Shown here: piece after piece, positions 15,735 to 25,839 of the stretch
How positions within the stretch are numbered: position 1 is the first letter of the stretch
Layout: every line of letters begins with the position of its first letter
NCBI GenBank assembly: GCA_007376485.1
Contig: VMGJ01000004.1
Coordinates: 6,717-70,716 of the forward strand
From: Parcubacteria group bacterium Licking1014_17
Lineage (GTDB): Bacteria; Patescibacteriota; Minisyncoccia; 2-02-FULL-40-12; IGHO2-01-FULL-4-A
DNA length: 64,000 nucleotides
Direction of reading: 5' to 3'
Notes under the pieces: model-generated
Databases searched by the model: none
Told to the model about the DNA's origin: nothing
Seen by the model: only the letters and a program-made list of their open reading frames with translations
Position numbers and translations under genes: made by a program

Positions 15735-16882
15735 TCAAGACGCCACAATTTTTGAACGCAATCAATAATTATCGGAGTCGCCCGAACAATCTCTTCCTTC
15801 GTGGTCCATCTGCCCATGGTTATGCGGATGTTGTCGTTTTTGGTGGCCCCGATGGCTTTAAGAACATGGGATGGGCCGGTTTCGTTCGCCGTGCAGGCGG
15901 AGCCGATTGAAACACCAACGCCGTTTTTATCAAGAAGCAAAACCAGCATTTCGCCGGCTATCCCCTTAAAAGAAACATTTATATTATTAGGCAGGCGGTT
16001 TTTTATGTCGCCGTTTATGGAAGCACCCGGGATTTTGAGCAGTTCACCAATTAAATAATTTCTTAATTTCAGAAGCTGTTTTGATTCCCCTGTTTTTCGG
16101 AAGTCGGCGATTTTCAGCGCTTCGGCAAAAGCGGAAATCGCGGGAACATTTACTGTGCCCGGCCTCAATCCTCTTTCATGGTCGCCGCCGTATAATACCG
16201 GCTCCAATTCAATCCCCCTTTTTATATAAAGGCACGCCGCTCCTTTTGGCCCGTAAATTTTTGAACTGTTTATAGTCATCAAGTCCACGTTCAGTTTGTT
16301 GGCATCAAGCGGGAGGAAACCGGACGCCTGGCAGGCATCGGTATGAAAAAACGCCGGCGCGCCAGTTTCTTTTCTTTTCTTTTTTATAACTTCGCCTATT
16401 TTTGATATCGGTTGAATTGTGCCGATTTCGTTGCTGGCGCAGATTACCGAAATAAGAGTGGTATCCCTCCTGATCGACTTCGCGATATCTCCCGGATTTA
16501 CCAATCCGCTATTATTAACTCCGATGTAGGTAATTTTAAACCCCTCCTTTCCCAAATGCTCAAAAACATCCGAGACCGATTTATGCTCTATTTGGGTAGT
16601 AATTAAATGCCTGCCCTTGTTTTTGTTGGCTCTGGCAACCCCCAAAATGGCGAGGTTGTTGGATTCGGTGCCGGAACCGGTAAAAATTATTTCTTCCGGC
16701 CTTGAATTCAGGACTTCGGCTATGGCTCGTCTGGATTTCTCAAGTTCTTTAGCTGCTTCCCTGCCGATTTTATGTAGAGATGAAGAATTCCCGTACTTCT
16801 CAAGCTGTTTAACATAAAAATCCCTGATAATGGGGTCAATGGGCGTCGCGGCGGCATAATCCAAATAAACATACTTTTTCAT
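15719..16882 (-). CDS. cysteine desulfurase (class V aminotransferase, IscS/NifS family)
   Basis: 387 aa; LDYAAATP N-terminus, PLP-lysine region SSKIYGPKG, overall NifS/IscS layout. Confidence 0.85.
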   Translation of the reverse strand: MKKYVYLDYAAATPIDPIIRDFYVKQLEKYGNSSSLHKIGREAAKELEKSRRAIAEVLNSRPEEIIFTGSGTESNNLAILGVARANKNKGRHLITTQIEHKSVSDVFEHLGKEGFKITYIGVNNSGLVNPGDIAKSIRRDTTLISVICASNEIGTIQPISKIGEVIKKKRKETGAPAFFHTDACQASGFLPLDANKLNVDLMTINSSKIYGPKGAACLYIKRGIELEPVLYGGDHERGLRPGTVNVPAISAFAEALKIADFRKTGESKQLLKLRNYLIGELLKIPGASINGDIKNRLPNNINVSFKGIAGEMLVLLLDKNGVGVSIGSACTANETGPSHVLKAIGATKNDNIRITMGRWTTKEEIVRATPIIIDCVQKLWRLDQNPN

Positions 16883-16921
16883 ATAAGCAATAATATTTTA
16901 ACGGAGGAATTGAGTGTAAAC

Positions 16922-17635
16922 CTATTTCAGCGCCTCGTCTACCAACTGAAACACTTTGTCGGCGTGCGCGCCTTCAATGAATTGGTTGTTGACGAAGAAG
17001 CTGGGGGTGGCTCTTACTCCGAGAGAAACGCCGTAATCCAAATCTTTTTGGATTTTATTGGTAAATTTGCCGGTGGTGTAACAATTTTCAAACTGTGTCT
17101 TATCTAAGCCGATATCAATCGCCCACTGGTGCAAAGCCGCTTCGGTGAGTTTTTCCGCCGCGGTTTCGTAAATTTTATTATGCATCTCCCAGAATTTACC
17201 CTGGTCGCCGGCGCACTCGGCCGCCATAGCCAATGGTTTGGCAAGGGCGTGGAAATCAAGCGGATAGTTTTTATAAACCAGCCGGACTTTGCCCATTTTT
17301 ATATAATTATTATCTAAAATACTAAAGGCATCGGCCCAAAACTTATGGCAGTAGGGGCACTGGAAATCGCTGAATTCGAATATCGTAACCTTGGCTTTGG
17401 AATCGCCCAAAACTCTGTCGCCAGACGTGACTTTAGGCTTGGGCTGGGTAGGAACACCCGACTGCGCCCTTGTGAAATATATGCTCCCCGCTATCAAAAC
17501 CGCCGCTATGATGATGGACACCGGCAATAGAATCTGGATTATAAGCGGCTTCCGCGGTTTGTTCGCCGGCAGAGGCGAAACCGGAACGGTCTGGTTGTTA
17601 TCGCTGTTATTTTGGTTAAATATCCCTTCTTCCAT
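16922..17635 (-). CDS. DsbA-like thiol:disulfide oxidoreductase, membrane-anchored
   Basis: N-terminal TM then thioredoxin fold with CPYC active site (FSDFQCPYCHKF). Confidence 0.8.
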   Translation of the reverse strand: MEEGIFNQNNSDNNQTVPVSPLPANKPRKPLIIQILLPVSIIIAAVLIAGSIYFTRAQSGVPTQPKPKVTSGDRVLGDSKAKVTIFEFSDFQCPYCHKFWADAFSILDNNYIKMGKVRLVYKNYPLDFHALAKPLAMAAECAGDQGKFWEMHNKIYETAAEKLTEAALHQWAIDIGLDKTQFENCYTTGKFTNKIQKDLDYGVSLGVRATPSFFVNNQFIEGAHADKVFQLVDEALK

Positions 17636-17641
17636 TTTGGC

Positions 17642-18019
17642 TTAATAACGCTGTTTGATATCCGGCTTCATTATCAAAAAAATCAAGCCGGCAATCAGAC
17701 CGACGTTTCTTATTGTTATTTCAAGCACATTGGATGAAACGGAGGACAATACAAGCATTATGATGCCCGCGAAGCAAAAGGGCACGATGAATATTTCGGT
17801 TATCAAACTTATTCCCGTCACTATCAGAAAAACGCCCCCGACGTACGCAAACTGACTGCCGGCCAGACCAAGATTGGATGCCGCCGTTGCGATAAGTTTA
17901 GGCAGATACGCGGTCAGCCAGTAAGTGGGATTGACAAACGCGTTCACCCCCAGCCACAAAAAAACAACAGCCATACCCCACCTCAAGACACCCGCGGAAT
18001 ATTTAAGAGATATCATCAT
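17642..18019 (-). CDS. DoxX-family-like small polytopic membrane protein
   Basis: 125 aa, 4 TM, VVFLWLG motif; co-oriented 7 nt upstream of dsbA-like gene. Confidence 0.45.
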   Translation of the reverse strand: MMISLKYSAGVLRWGMAVVFLWLGVNAFVNPTYWLTAYLPKLIATAASNLGLAGSQFAYVGGVFLIVTGISLITEIFIVPFCFAGIIMLVLSSVSSNVLEITIRNVGLIAGLIFLIMKPDIKQRY

Positions 18020-18022
18020 CGG

Positions 18023-19327
18023 TTATTTGCCGGTAAAATTAGTATTTTTTTCCAAAAAATCGAAAACTTTTTCCGTAGTCAAATCCTCTCTTATTCTCTG
18101 TTTTAATCTTTGGGTATCAATCTTTTCAACCGCCTTGTAGTCGCCCCCGGTTTGAGTGCTGATGAATCGGTCGATGACGGCTTGAACCTGGTGTTCAACC
18201 TCGTCTTCAGCCACGCTTACGCTTTCGGCTTTGGCTATGGCTCTGGCTACGAGTCCCATTTTAACATGATTTACCGCCTGGGGCATCCAGTCACGCCGCA
18301 GGTCGTCTATTTTTTTGCCGGCTCCCGAGAGATAATCATCCAAATTGATTTGATGATGGCTTAGTTCGTCTCTGAAATCTTCTATCATGGCGGTCACTTG
18401 GTTATCGACAAGCTTATCCGGAACATCAAACTGGTTTGAATCGGCAATCTTGGTCAAAATCTCAATGCGCAATCTCTCCTTTTCTTTTTCTTCTTTCTCT
18501 GTTAAAAGACTTGTCCGAATGTTTTCTTTCAGATCATCGAGGGAAGAAAATCTGCCGATGCTTTTGGCGAATTCATCGTTCAGTTCCGGCAGGATTGGCT
18601 CTTCAACACCGCCGACGGTCACTTCAAAATCAAGTTTTTTTCCGACCAGAGTTCTGTCATGATAGTTGCCCGGCATTACGAGTTCAAATTTCTTTGTTTC
18701 GCCGGGAACCATACCGATGACATTTTCTTCAAAACCCGGAATTAAACGACTGCCGCCCAGCATGAGCGGATAATTTTCCTCGGCGCCGCCCTTTATATCC
18801 GCGCCGCCGCTTTTAATATTAAAATTCAACGTTACTTTATCCCCTTTTCCCGCCTTTCTTCCAACTGCTTTATATGAAGCCCGCTTTTTTCTTATATCAT
18901 CAAGAATAAGAGTTACATCCCCGTCGCCGACCACAATCTTGTTTTTCGCGGCAACAAGCCCTTTATAATTAACCGGTTTAAAGTCGGGAAACACAAGCAG
19001 TACCGCCCGGTAAACAAGTTTGTCCGGAGCGTTCTCAATGATTTTTAATTCCATATTTTCGATAACATCCAGTTTTCCCCTGTTGACGGCTTCAATCAAA
19101 CTGTTTTCAACCGCCATCGAAAGAGCTTCTTCGCGCAATTTTTTGTCGTCAATTTCCTTGGCCCAAATTTCCCTGGATATTTTCCCCTTGCGAAAACCGT
19201 CCAGTCTGATGTTATCCAAAAGTTTTTTTTCGGCTTCGGTAATATACTTCAATAAATCATCCTTGCCTAAAGTAACCTCAATCGAGGCATTACTGCCGGG
19301 CAGCTTATTTACCGTGAATGAAATCAT
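18023..19327 (-). CDS. tig: trigger factor
   Basis: 434 aa; ribosome-binding GFRKGK motif, central PPIase, C-terminal arm. Confidence 0.85.
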   Translation of the reverse strand: MISFTVNKLPGSNASIEVTLGKDDLLKYITEAEKKLLDNIRLDGFRKGKISREIWAKEIDDKKLREEALSMAVENSLIEAVNRGKLDVIENMELKIIENAPDKLVYRAVLLVFPDFKPVNYKGLVAAKNKIVVGDGDVTLILDDIRKKRASYKAVGRKAGKGDKVTLNFNIKSGGADIKGGAEENYPLMLGGSRLIPGFEENVIGMVPGETKKFELVMPGNYHDRTLVGKKLDFEVTVGGVEEPILPELNDEFAKSIGRFSSLDDLKENIRTSLLTEKEEKEKERLRIEILTKIADSNQFDVPDKLVDNQVTAMIEDFRDELSHHQINLDDYLSGAGKKIDDLRRDWMPQAVNHVKMGLVARAIAKAESVSVAEDEVEHQVQAVIDRFISTQTGGDYKAVEKIDTQRLKQRIREDLTTEKVFDFLEKNTNFTGK

Positions 19328-19388
19328 AAAAAAATCACTAAGCGCGGCTGGCGGCGCCCGTTTTTATTATTCGTCGAGTATTGCCACC

Positions 19389-20690
19389 TTACTTCTCTTC
19401 GGGCTTTTTCCCGGTTTCATCTTTGACCTTGGCATCATCGGCGAGAGCAGGAGCGGGTTCTTCTTCTTTAATGGCTTCCTCGGCAAGCATATTTGATTGC
19501 GGAGCTCTAACGTCTATTTTCCAGCCCGTAAGTTTGGCGGCGAGCCTGACGTTCTGGCCTCTTTTGCCGATAGCCAAAGAAAACTGATCGTCCGCGACTT
19601 CCGCAAGGGCGTGTTTTTTGTCCGCGTCCAGAACCGAGACTTTCATTATTTTCGCGGGCGATAAAGCGTGCGAAACGAAAACCTCCGGGTTTTCGTTCCA
19701 CTCGATAATATCTATTTTTTCACCGTTCAATTCGTTTATAATCGTCTGGACGCGAACACCCTTCTGCCCCACCAGAGAACCGATGGGGTCGATTCCGTCG
19801 TCATTCGACATAACGGCGACTTTCGAGCGCGAACCCGCTTCGCGGGCCACATCTTTGATTTCAACGCTCCCCGATTCAATTTCCGGAACCTCAAATTCGA
19901 ACAATTTCGCGACCAGATCCGGGCTTGACCTCGACAGGATAATAACCGGCCCTTTGTTTGTCTGGTCGACTCTCAAGATTATAAAACGCAACCGCTGGCC
20001 GATGCGATAATTGTCATTGGGCATCTGGTCCGTCGGCATAAGCAAACCGTTGGTTCTGCCAAGATCGACATAAACAACGCGGGATTCAACCCTTTGGATT
20101 ATCCCCGAAAGCACCATGCCTTCCTTATCCTTGAACTCCAAGAATATGGCGTCGCGTTCAATTTCCCGCAAGCGCTGGATTATGACCTGCTTCGCGGTTT
20201 GCGCCGCGATTCTTCCGAAATCCGACTTTTTTTCCAGATTAAACACAATCTGGTCGCCCACCTTCGCGTCCTCTTTAATTTTTTTGGCGTCTTCCAGAAC
20301 TATGTATTTTTCGGGATTGAATTTAACTTTCACCGCCTCGCCTTCTTCCGGATTGCCCTCTTTCTCGGATTCGGCACTGGCGCCGAAATTCTTATCGGTT
20401 CTCGCCTCCCTGATTGTCAATTCTTTTTTGTCTTCTTCCGTAACGGGCACTCCGCCGATTACGTAGCCTTCCTCATCGGTTCCCTCAACCACTATCTTTA
20501 CCTGCTTAACGTCAAAATCTCCCGTTTCCGGATTTATTTTAACTTTGATGATTTGGCTTCTTTCGCCGTAATCGCGCTTATAAGCCGCGGCGATGGCATC
20601 CTGAATCGTATCAATGACTTTGTCCTGGCTTATCCCTTTTTCTTCGGCGATTTGGCCGACAGCCGATAAAAATTGTTTAACGTCAAGCAT
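19389..20690 (-). CDS. nusA: transcription termination/antitermination factor NusA (with acidic C-terminal tail)
   Basis: 433 aa; NusA N-domain, S1, KH1/KH2 (GQKGVRVQTIINELNGEKIDII). Confidence 0.85.
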   Translation of the reverse strand: MLDVKQFLSAVGQIAEEKGISQDKVIDTIQDAIAAAYKRDYGERSQIIKVKINPETGDFDVKQVKIVVEGTDEEGYVIGGVPVTEEDKKELTIREARTDKNFGASAESEKEGNPEEGEAVKVKFNPEKYIVLEDAKKIKEDAKVGDQIVFNLEKKSDFGRIAAQTAKQVIIQRLREIERDAIFLEFKDKEGMVLSGIIQRVESRVVYVDLGRTNGLLMPTDQMPNDNYRIGQRLRFIILRVDQTNKGPVIILSRSSPDLVAKLFEFEVPEIESGSVEIKDVAREAGSRSKVAVMSNDDGIDPIGSLVGQKGVRVQTIINELNGEKIDIIEWNENPEVFVSHALSPAKIMKVSVLDADKKHALAEVADDQFSLAIGKRGQNVRLAAKLTGWKIDVRAPQSNMLAEEAIKEEEPAPALADDAKVKDETGKKPEEK

Positions 20691-20852
20691 GTTTTATTGA
20701 TTATATCCTACCCGGCCGCGATGCGCGAATAGCGCTCTCGTAAAATTAAATCCGCCATTCCCAGCGGACATTTTTATCATTGCAACCGTATTGGTTATTT
20801 TAGCATTCCTAATAACGGCGTCAACCCTCGTCGCAAGCTACAATTACCCGCA

Positions 20853-20877
20853 GGTCAATTCCACCATTTGACCCGCT
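20853..20877 (+). repeat. left copy of a perfect 25-bp inverted repeat GGTCAATTCCACCATTTGACCCGCT (itself an imperfect palindrome GGTCAAtt-CCACC-atTTGACC)
   Basis: Exact reverse complement present at 25840-25864. Confidence 0.9.
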
Positions 20878-20915
20878 CGCCCCGCTGAAGCTCCGGTGAA
20901 GCAGGCAAAGCTCGT

Positions 20916-21416
20916 TTAGGAAGTAGGCGTTTGATAGCGGGCGTGTTCGGGAGGACCGACTTGCTTAAGCCGGTTTTCTTTGACTAATTGTTTTAGATAG
21001 CGGGTTGCCGTGGAATCGGAAATTCTCAAAGCGACTGCCGCTTCACGTGCCGAAATGACCTGCTTTTTTTGCGCCAACTTTATAATTTTTTCCAGTTTCG
21101 CCCGCTTTCTGGCAAATAAAACTTCATTTGCTTTGCGCAATAACACCGTAAAAAATCCTTCGTCTTTTTGCGCCGGCTGAACGGGCGCATTTTGAGTCGG
21201 CGTTGGTGGCGGTACAACTACCGGCTTTGTCGGCGCGGAATTTGATTCCGCGTTTGTTTCTGGGCTTGGCTGGGATTCTGTCGGCGCCGTTTCTATCGTC
21301 TGCTCTTGCGCCGCTCCCGACTCTGGTGCCACGGCTTCAGGCGTTTCCGTTGAAACCGAAGTTTCCATCGGCACTGATTGTTGAGTATCAGAAGGCGTTT
21401 GTGTTTCGTCGGACAT
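20916..21416 (-). CDS. DNA-binding protein: long disordered S/T/P/Q/E-rich N-terminus + C-terminal winged-HTH
   Basis: 166 aa; C-terminal ISAREAAVALRISDSTATRYLKQLVKENRLKQVG is a typical HTH recognition region. Confidence 0.5.
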   Translation of the reverse strand: MSDETQTPSDTQQSVPMETSVSTETPEAVAPESGAAQEQTIETAPTESQPSPETNAESNSAPTKPVVVPPPTPTQNAPVQPAQKDEGFFTVLLRKANEVLFARKRAKLEKIIKLAQKKQVISAREAAVALRISDSTATRYLKQLVKENRLKQVGPPEHARYQTPTS

Positions 21417-21522
21417 AATTATATTTTATCCTTACTAATAAAACTACCTCCTTTTCCGGGCAAGCAGAGATTCTTCTTTTTCTTCAGTTGAAACTCTGGC
21501 GAGTATTGCAGCTTTCATAAAC

Positions 21523-22374
21523 TTAATTCAACTTTTTAGTATCGTTTTTAGGTGGTAAAAAGTTCTGCGTGCTGACCACCTTTTTCCCCGTTTGTTGCTC
21601 TAGTGCTCTTCTTGCATCGCCAGAAATTCGTCCTCCCTTTTGCCCCGCTTTTGCATTTTCGTTATATCCTCTTGCCTGTTCGGTTTTTGCTATTTGCGTA
21701 GTTGAGAGTTCGGCTAACGCGGTAAAAATCAATTCTGCCTCAGTCATATTGTCTCTTAGGTTTTGACCTTTTAGTTCTTTAATTCTTTTGTGTGTCTTTG
21801 TTGTTAAACCACTCCACTCGTAATGAATAATGTCGGTGAGTTTGGCGTATTCAATGCCTTTTTGCACGCCACTCTCTTGCCAATAATCAGTCAATTTGTT
21901 TCTTGTTTCTTGGCCTCTCATTCTTTGCTCAATCCATTTCTCTGACATACCTACTTGCTTCCAATGGCTTCTCGCTCTGTCCACTGCCAGTTCTGGGTTT
22001 ATGGTTTCCTGCAGTCTCTCATAGCCAACTCTAGCCAGCCATTGCTTAAAGGGTTCGGCTTTGGGAGAGGGTATGCTTTGAATTACCCTTAAAACCGTCT
22101 CTGTGTCTGCCACATCGGTTTTATAGTTTTTGCCGTCTTTTGCTCGCATTTTCAGTTGTCCCAAAGATTGGGACAACTCACTACCCTCCTGCTTTAGCTT
22201 AGTTTTTAGGGCATTCCAATACTTTCTAGGTCTTGGGCTTCCACTTAATACTTCCACGACATCAACAATCGCAAAATACCATTGCTCTTTTTCCTCGTCC
22301 CAAGCCCTGCGGACAGGGACATTTTCAAAATTAACGATTAGTTTTTCTGATTGCATTATATGTTTTTTCTCCAT
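21523..22374 (-). CDS. Bro-N domain / DinD-like (DNA-damage-inducible protein D family) protein
   Basis: 283 aa; N-terminal FENVPVRRAWDEEKEQWYFAIVDVVEVL (Bro-N); C-terminal KELKGQNLRDNMTEAELIFTALAELSTTQIAK parallels E. coli DinD KGLKKNQKILDHMGSTELAANLFRATQTEEKL. Confidence 0.55.
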   Translation of the reverse strand: MEKKHIMQSEKLIVNFENVPVRRAWDEEKEQWYFAIVDVVEVLSGSPRPRKYWNALKTKLKQEGSELSQSLGQLKMRAKDGKNYKTDVADTETVLRVIQSIPSPKAEPFKQWLARVGYERLQETINPELAVDRARSHWKQVGMSEKWIEQRMRGQETRNKLTDYWQESGVQKGIEYAKLTDIIHYEWSGLTTKTHKRIKELKGQNLRDNMTEAELIFTALAELSTTQIAKTEQARGYNENAKAGQKGGRISGDARRALEQQTGKKVVSTQNFLPPKNDTKKLN

Positions 22375-22451
22375 AGATTTTAATTTATCTACTTAAAATT
22401 ATTTTCAAATTTTTGAGAATTTAGAAATATACATATTGTGAAAAGTCATAA

Positions 22452-22769
22452 TTAAAGCAGAATATTTTTACATTTTGGACATTGCCCCGTACCTACTAAT
22501 AGTCCAATCATAGTACCACATTTAGAACACGAGAGGTCACTATACGTTGAATCTGATATTTTTATAGCAGTGGTCAGACCATCTGCTGATTGCACTTTTA
22601 TATTCGATAATTTATTGACTATCACGTTTGCCGCTTGACCGCCGCTTTGATTAATAGTTGTTACGGAATGACTGATTCCAATCTCCTTTTTGTTAAAATT
22701 CAAAAATCTCAATCTCAGTGAGCCAAATAATTTTTTAAAAATACCGGACATATAATTCAGAAATTCCAT
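22452..22769 (-). CDS. small hypothetical protein with C-terminal zinc ribbon (CSKCG...CPKC); 13-nt overlap with upstream RM gene
   Basis: ORF translation. Confidence 0.4.
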   Translation of the reverse strand: MEFLNYMSGIFKKLFGSLRLRFLNFNKKEIGISHSVTTINQSGGQAANVIVNKLSNIKVQSADGLTTAIKISDSTYSDLSCSKCGTMIGLLVGTGQCPKCKNILL

Positions 22770-25700
22770 ATTTTATCAATTTCTCTCATTATTCTATCGG
22801 TTTCGACCAAGGCGACAATCATTTGTTGATAGTGTCTTAAATCTTCGTCAATTAATTCACGGCATTTGCGGTCCTTGAGCCATTTTTGCGCCGGCTGATA
22901 GCCGCCTATCCAAAAGTTCCAGGCGATTTCAGGCACGTTATCAAAATATTGAGTGGCATTTATGTACGCCTTACCGTCTTTGTATTCAACTTTCTCAATT
23001 TTATTTGTCCCGGCTATATTATAATCCGTGATGAATTGATTGACTTTTGGCGACTCCAGCAGATGTAGGCCGCGAAGCTCGCACCCCAAAGCGACAAGCG
23101 CCTGAAATTGTTTCTTGTCCTTCGGATATGGCACGCGAGGAAAATCAATTTTGAGAAACTCTTTGTATTTCTCACGATACTTTGGCGAATGCAAAACTGC
23201 ATAGATATAATCAAAAATATCCTCTGGTGTAACTTTGCCGGCAATCTTCTCAATTTCAGCAACAATCTCTGTTTTCAAATTAAGTATCCTTACGTCGTTG
23301 GTAAATGTGTAGAACGGAAATATATAAGTCTGATCGCTTGCCGCGTGAATATCAGAAATAGATCGAGTTACAAATACACGATCAAATAATTGATTAGCAG
23401 GAATGGTTCGACTAGATAGTAAAGATAGATTCTCTTTTTTCACTATGTTTATGTTTGTCTTTTCTCTCGGATAAGCGATAAAACCTTTTGAGTTGCCGGT
23501 ATATATGGTATAACGCACATCAAAAGGCCTGTATTGAATTTGCTCAACGCTATAACCCTTTCGTAAGTCATCCTGTGCCCACTTGATTTTCCAATCTCGT
23601 CCATCTTCAGGTAACTGATATTTATCTTGCACCTCTTTTTCTGTAAGTTTTTTGAAATCATCCGCTACTTTTTCTATGCTGTCCAACGAGAATTGAATAA
23701 CCGTATCATCCCGCTTCGTTTGAATACCAGAATTATAGTGTAAAAATAGCTCATCAATTTTGAATCCCTCGTCATATTCGCTCTTTGCTCTGAAATTCTT
23801 AGGCACAAAGAAATAGTAAGGTTCTGAATAATCCAGTTTTTGCCACTTAATTTTTTGTATATCGGATGCATTAAGTGTCTCGAATTTTTCTTCGCGCTTG
23901 CCGAATAATTCTGAGTGATAAACAGTGCCGAGCTTTTTTTTATCCGCGTTTTTGCGGACAAAAATATTTATTGATACCCCCTGCTGGATACTAAAAACAT
24001 TTTCATCGTTTGCCTCCTTTTTTCTGGCATTGCCGTGCAAGTCCAAAATATAAACAGCGTCAAATGTTTCAAGTAGGTGTTTTCTCATCTGCCGATGGGT
24101 AATACCATCTATGAAAGAATTATTAGTAATCATTGCAACGATACCGGTCTTGTTTTTCTCAATAAAATGCTCGGCGAAACGAATGAACTTAATGTAGTCG
24201 TCGTCAAGATTTATCTTGCGCTCGCCTAGGCCTTTTTTATAGTCCTTAATAAGATTTAAAATCCACTCACCTTTATTTGAAGAACTAATGCTATAAGGTG
24301 GATTACCGAGAACTACCATAATAGGCCTATCATTTTTTATAACAGCCGCTTCTTTTGCTTCTTCGGCTATGCTTTCCGCAAAACCAAATGAGAGTAAATC
24401 CGGCTGGACACTGCTTTCTTCAAGAGAATTCGTAAGGAAAACATTCAACCGCGCGTTATTGAAATATTTAAAACCAGTTTCTTTTAGCATCATGCCGATT
24501 TTTAAATGAGCGATTACGTATGGCGCCATCATCAGCTCAAAGCCATATATTCTCGGCAAAAGGTCGTGAAGGACATATGCCGGCCATCGGCCTTGTTGGT
24601 TTGAAAATTTATCGTGGATATTTTGTACCGTTTCGCTTAAAAATGTGCCCGTGCCCACGGCCGGATCAAGAATTTGCACTTTATGCACGGCTCCCGCTTT
24701 TGCTGTATCGGCTAATCCTTGCGGGAGGTTAAATTCTTTTTTAAGCAGTTCATCAACTGACCGAACGATGAATCTGACTACCAGAAGTGGCGTGTAATAT
24801 GCTCCCATTTTTTTGCGAAGCTCGGCGTCATATTCTTTCAAAAAGTCTTCGTAAAAATGAATGACCGGGTCAAGCCCTTCGTGTATCTTTCCAAATAAAT
24901 CTTTCTGCTTATAATACTGCTCCATAAGCGCGCGCACGTCCGTCAGTGAGAAGACCTCGCACAATTCATTAACAATATAGCCGAGCCGTTTATCAAAATC
25001 CGGGCCGATAATGTGGTCAAAAAAGTGCCGAAGCAATGGATTGGAAGCGGGCACAAGTTCGCGGGCTTTTTGTCGAGTGAAAGGTTCCGATGATTCGTCA
25101 TAATAGCGCGCGACAAAAAGCCCATACACAAGCGTCTGGGCATACATATCAGCGAAGGTATCAGGAGTTAAGTCGTGTACAAGTAATTTCTTTACAATTT
25201 CGTACACGCGCTTTATCTCTCCATAATCATCTATGTTTGAAGAGAAAATGTGCCTTACATTATCGCGTATGCGCCGGGCTTTGCCGCCCATAATTTTGGC
25301 TAAAAGAGCTCCGTTTTTAATCGGTTCCGGTTTGCCCGAAAGAAAATTTATCAGGGCATTAGCAAGAGTATCGTAATTCTCGGAATTACCAACAATACGA
25401 CCATTCTGAATTGATGCTATAACGATAGGTTCTTCGTAACGCTGACCGTTTTGATAAAAACGAAATTCTATATAGTTAGTAAGAATAAAGTTAGTATAAC
25501 CCGAGATATATCGTTGCAACTGTTCGCTCCGTTCCATCTTGTTAATATCGACATCAACGTCCTTTGTTTCCGCATAACCGAGCTGAATTTCCCCACGTGT
25601 AAAAACGAAATCGGGCGCACCAAATTCGGAGTGTTTTGGTTCGTTCAGTGATCGCGCCTTGACGCCTATATCCGCTATAAGTCCTTCGAGTGCCGAACGA

Positions 25701-25792
25701 TATGTATGTTCCCGTGCTTGGCCGGTGGCATATTTTTCCGCAAGAGCGGCGACATATTTCGCAACGGATTCAGATTGATTCATTGAGCGCAA
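22757..25792 (-). CDS. Type IIG restriction-modification enzyme (MmeI-like fused PD-ExK endonuclease / gamma-class N6-adenine methyltransferase / TRD)
   Basis: 1011 aa; N-terminal APDFVFTRGEIQLGYAETKD (D..E.K nuclease motif), MTase motif I ILDPAVGTGTFL and motif IV VVLGNPPYSISS, ~400-aa C-terminal specificity region. Confidence 0.75.
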   Translation of the reverse strand: MRSMNQSESVAKYVAALAEKYATGQAREHTYRSALEGLIADIGVKARSLNEPKHSEFGAPDFVFTRGEIQLGYAETKDVDVDINKMERSEQLQRYISGYTNFILTNYIEFRFYQNGQRYEEPIVIASIQNGRIVGNSENYDTLANALINFLSGKPEPIKNGALLAKIMGGKARRIRDNVRHIFSSNIDDYGEIKRVYEIVKKLLVHDLTPDTFADMYAQTLVYGLFVARYYDESSEPFTRQKARELVPASNPLLRHFFDHIIGPDFDKRLGYIVNELCEVFSLTDVRALMEQYYKQKDLFGKIHEGLDPVIHFYEDFLKEYDAELRKKMGAYYTPLLVVRFIVRSVDELLKKEFNLPQGLADTAKAGAVHKVQILDPAVGTGTFLSETVQNIHDKFSNQQGRWPAYVLHDLLPRIYGFELMMAPYVIAHLKIGMMLKETGFKYFNNARLNVFLTNSLEESSVQPDLLSFGFAESIAEEAKEAAVIKNDRPIMVVLGNPPYSISSSNKGEWILNLIKDYKKGLGERKINLDDDYIKFIRFAEHFIEKNKTGIVAMITNNSFIDGITHRQMRKHLLETFDAVYILDLHGNARKKEANDENVFSIQQGVSINIFVRKNADKKKLGTVYHSELFGKREEKFETLNASDIQKIKWQKLDYSEPYYFFVPKNFRAKSEYDEGFKIDELFLHYNSGIQTKRDDTVIQFSLDSIEKVADDFKKLTEKEVQDKYQLPEDGRDWKIKWAQDDLRKGYSVEQIQYRPFDVRYTIYTGNSKGFIAYPREKTNINIVKKENLSLLSSRTIPANQLFDRVFVTRSISDIHAASDQTYIFPFYTFTNDVRILNLKTEIVAEIEKIAGKVTPEDIFDYIYAVLHSPKYREKYKEFLKIDFPRVPYPKDKKQFQALVALGCELRGLHLLESPKVNQFITDYNIAGTNKIEKVEYKDGKAYINATQYFDNVPEIAWNFWIGGYQPAQKWLKDRKCRELIDEDLRHYQQMIVALVETDRIMREIDKIWNF

Positions 25793-25839
25793 TTATACCC
25801 CGAAATCGCACAGAAAGCCAGTGCCAAAATGTACCGACC

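Noticed and set aside
20094-20669. 191-aa plus-strand ORF (and the 116-aa ORF 20116-20466)
   Set aside because: Antisense to nusA, which has clear S1/KH domain signatures.
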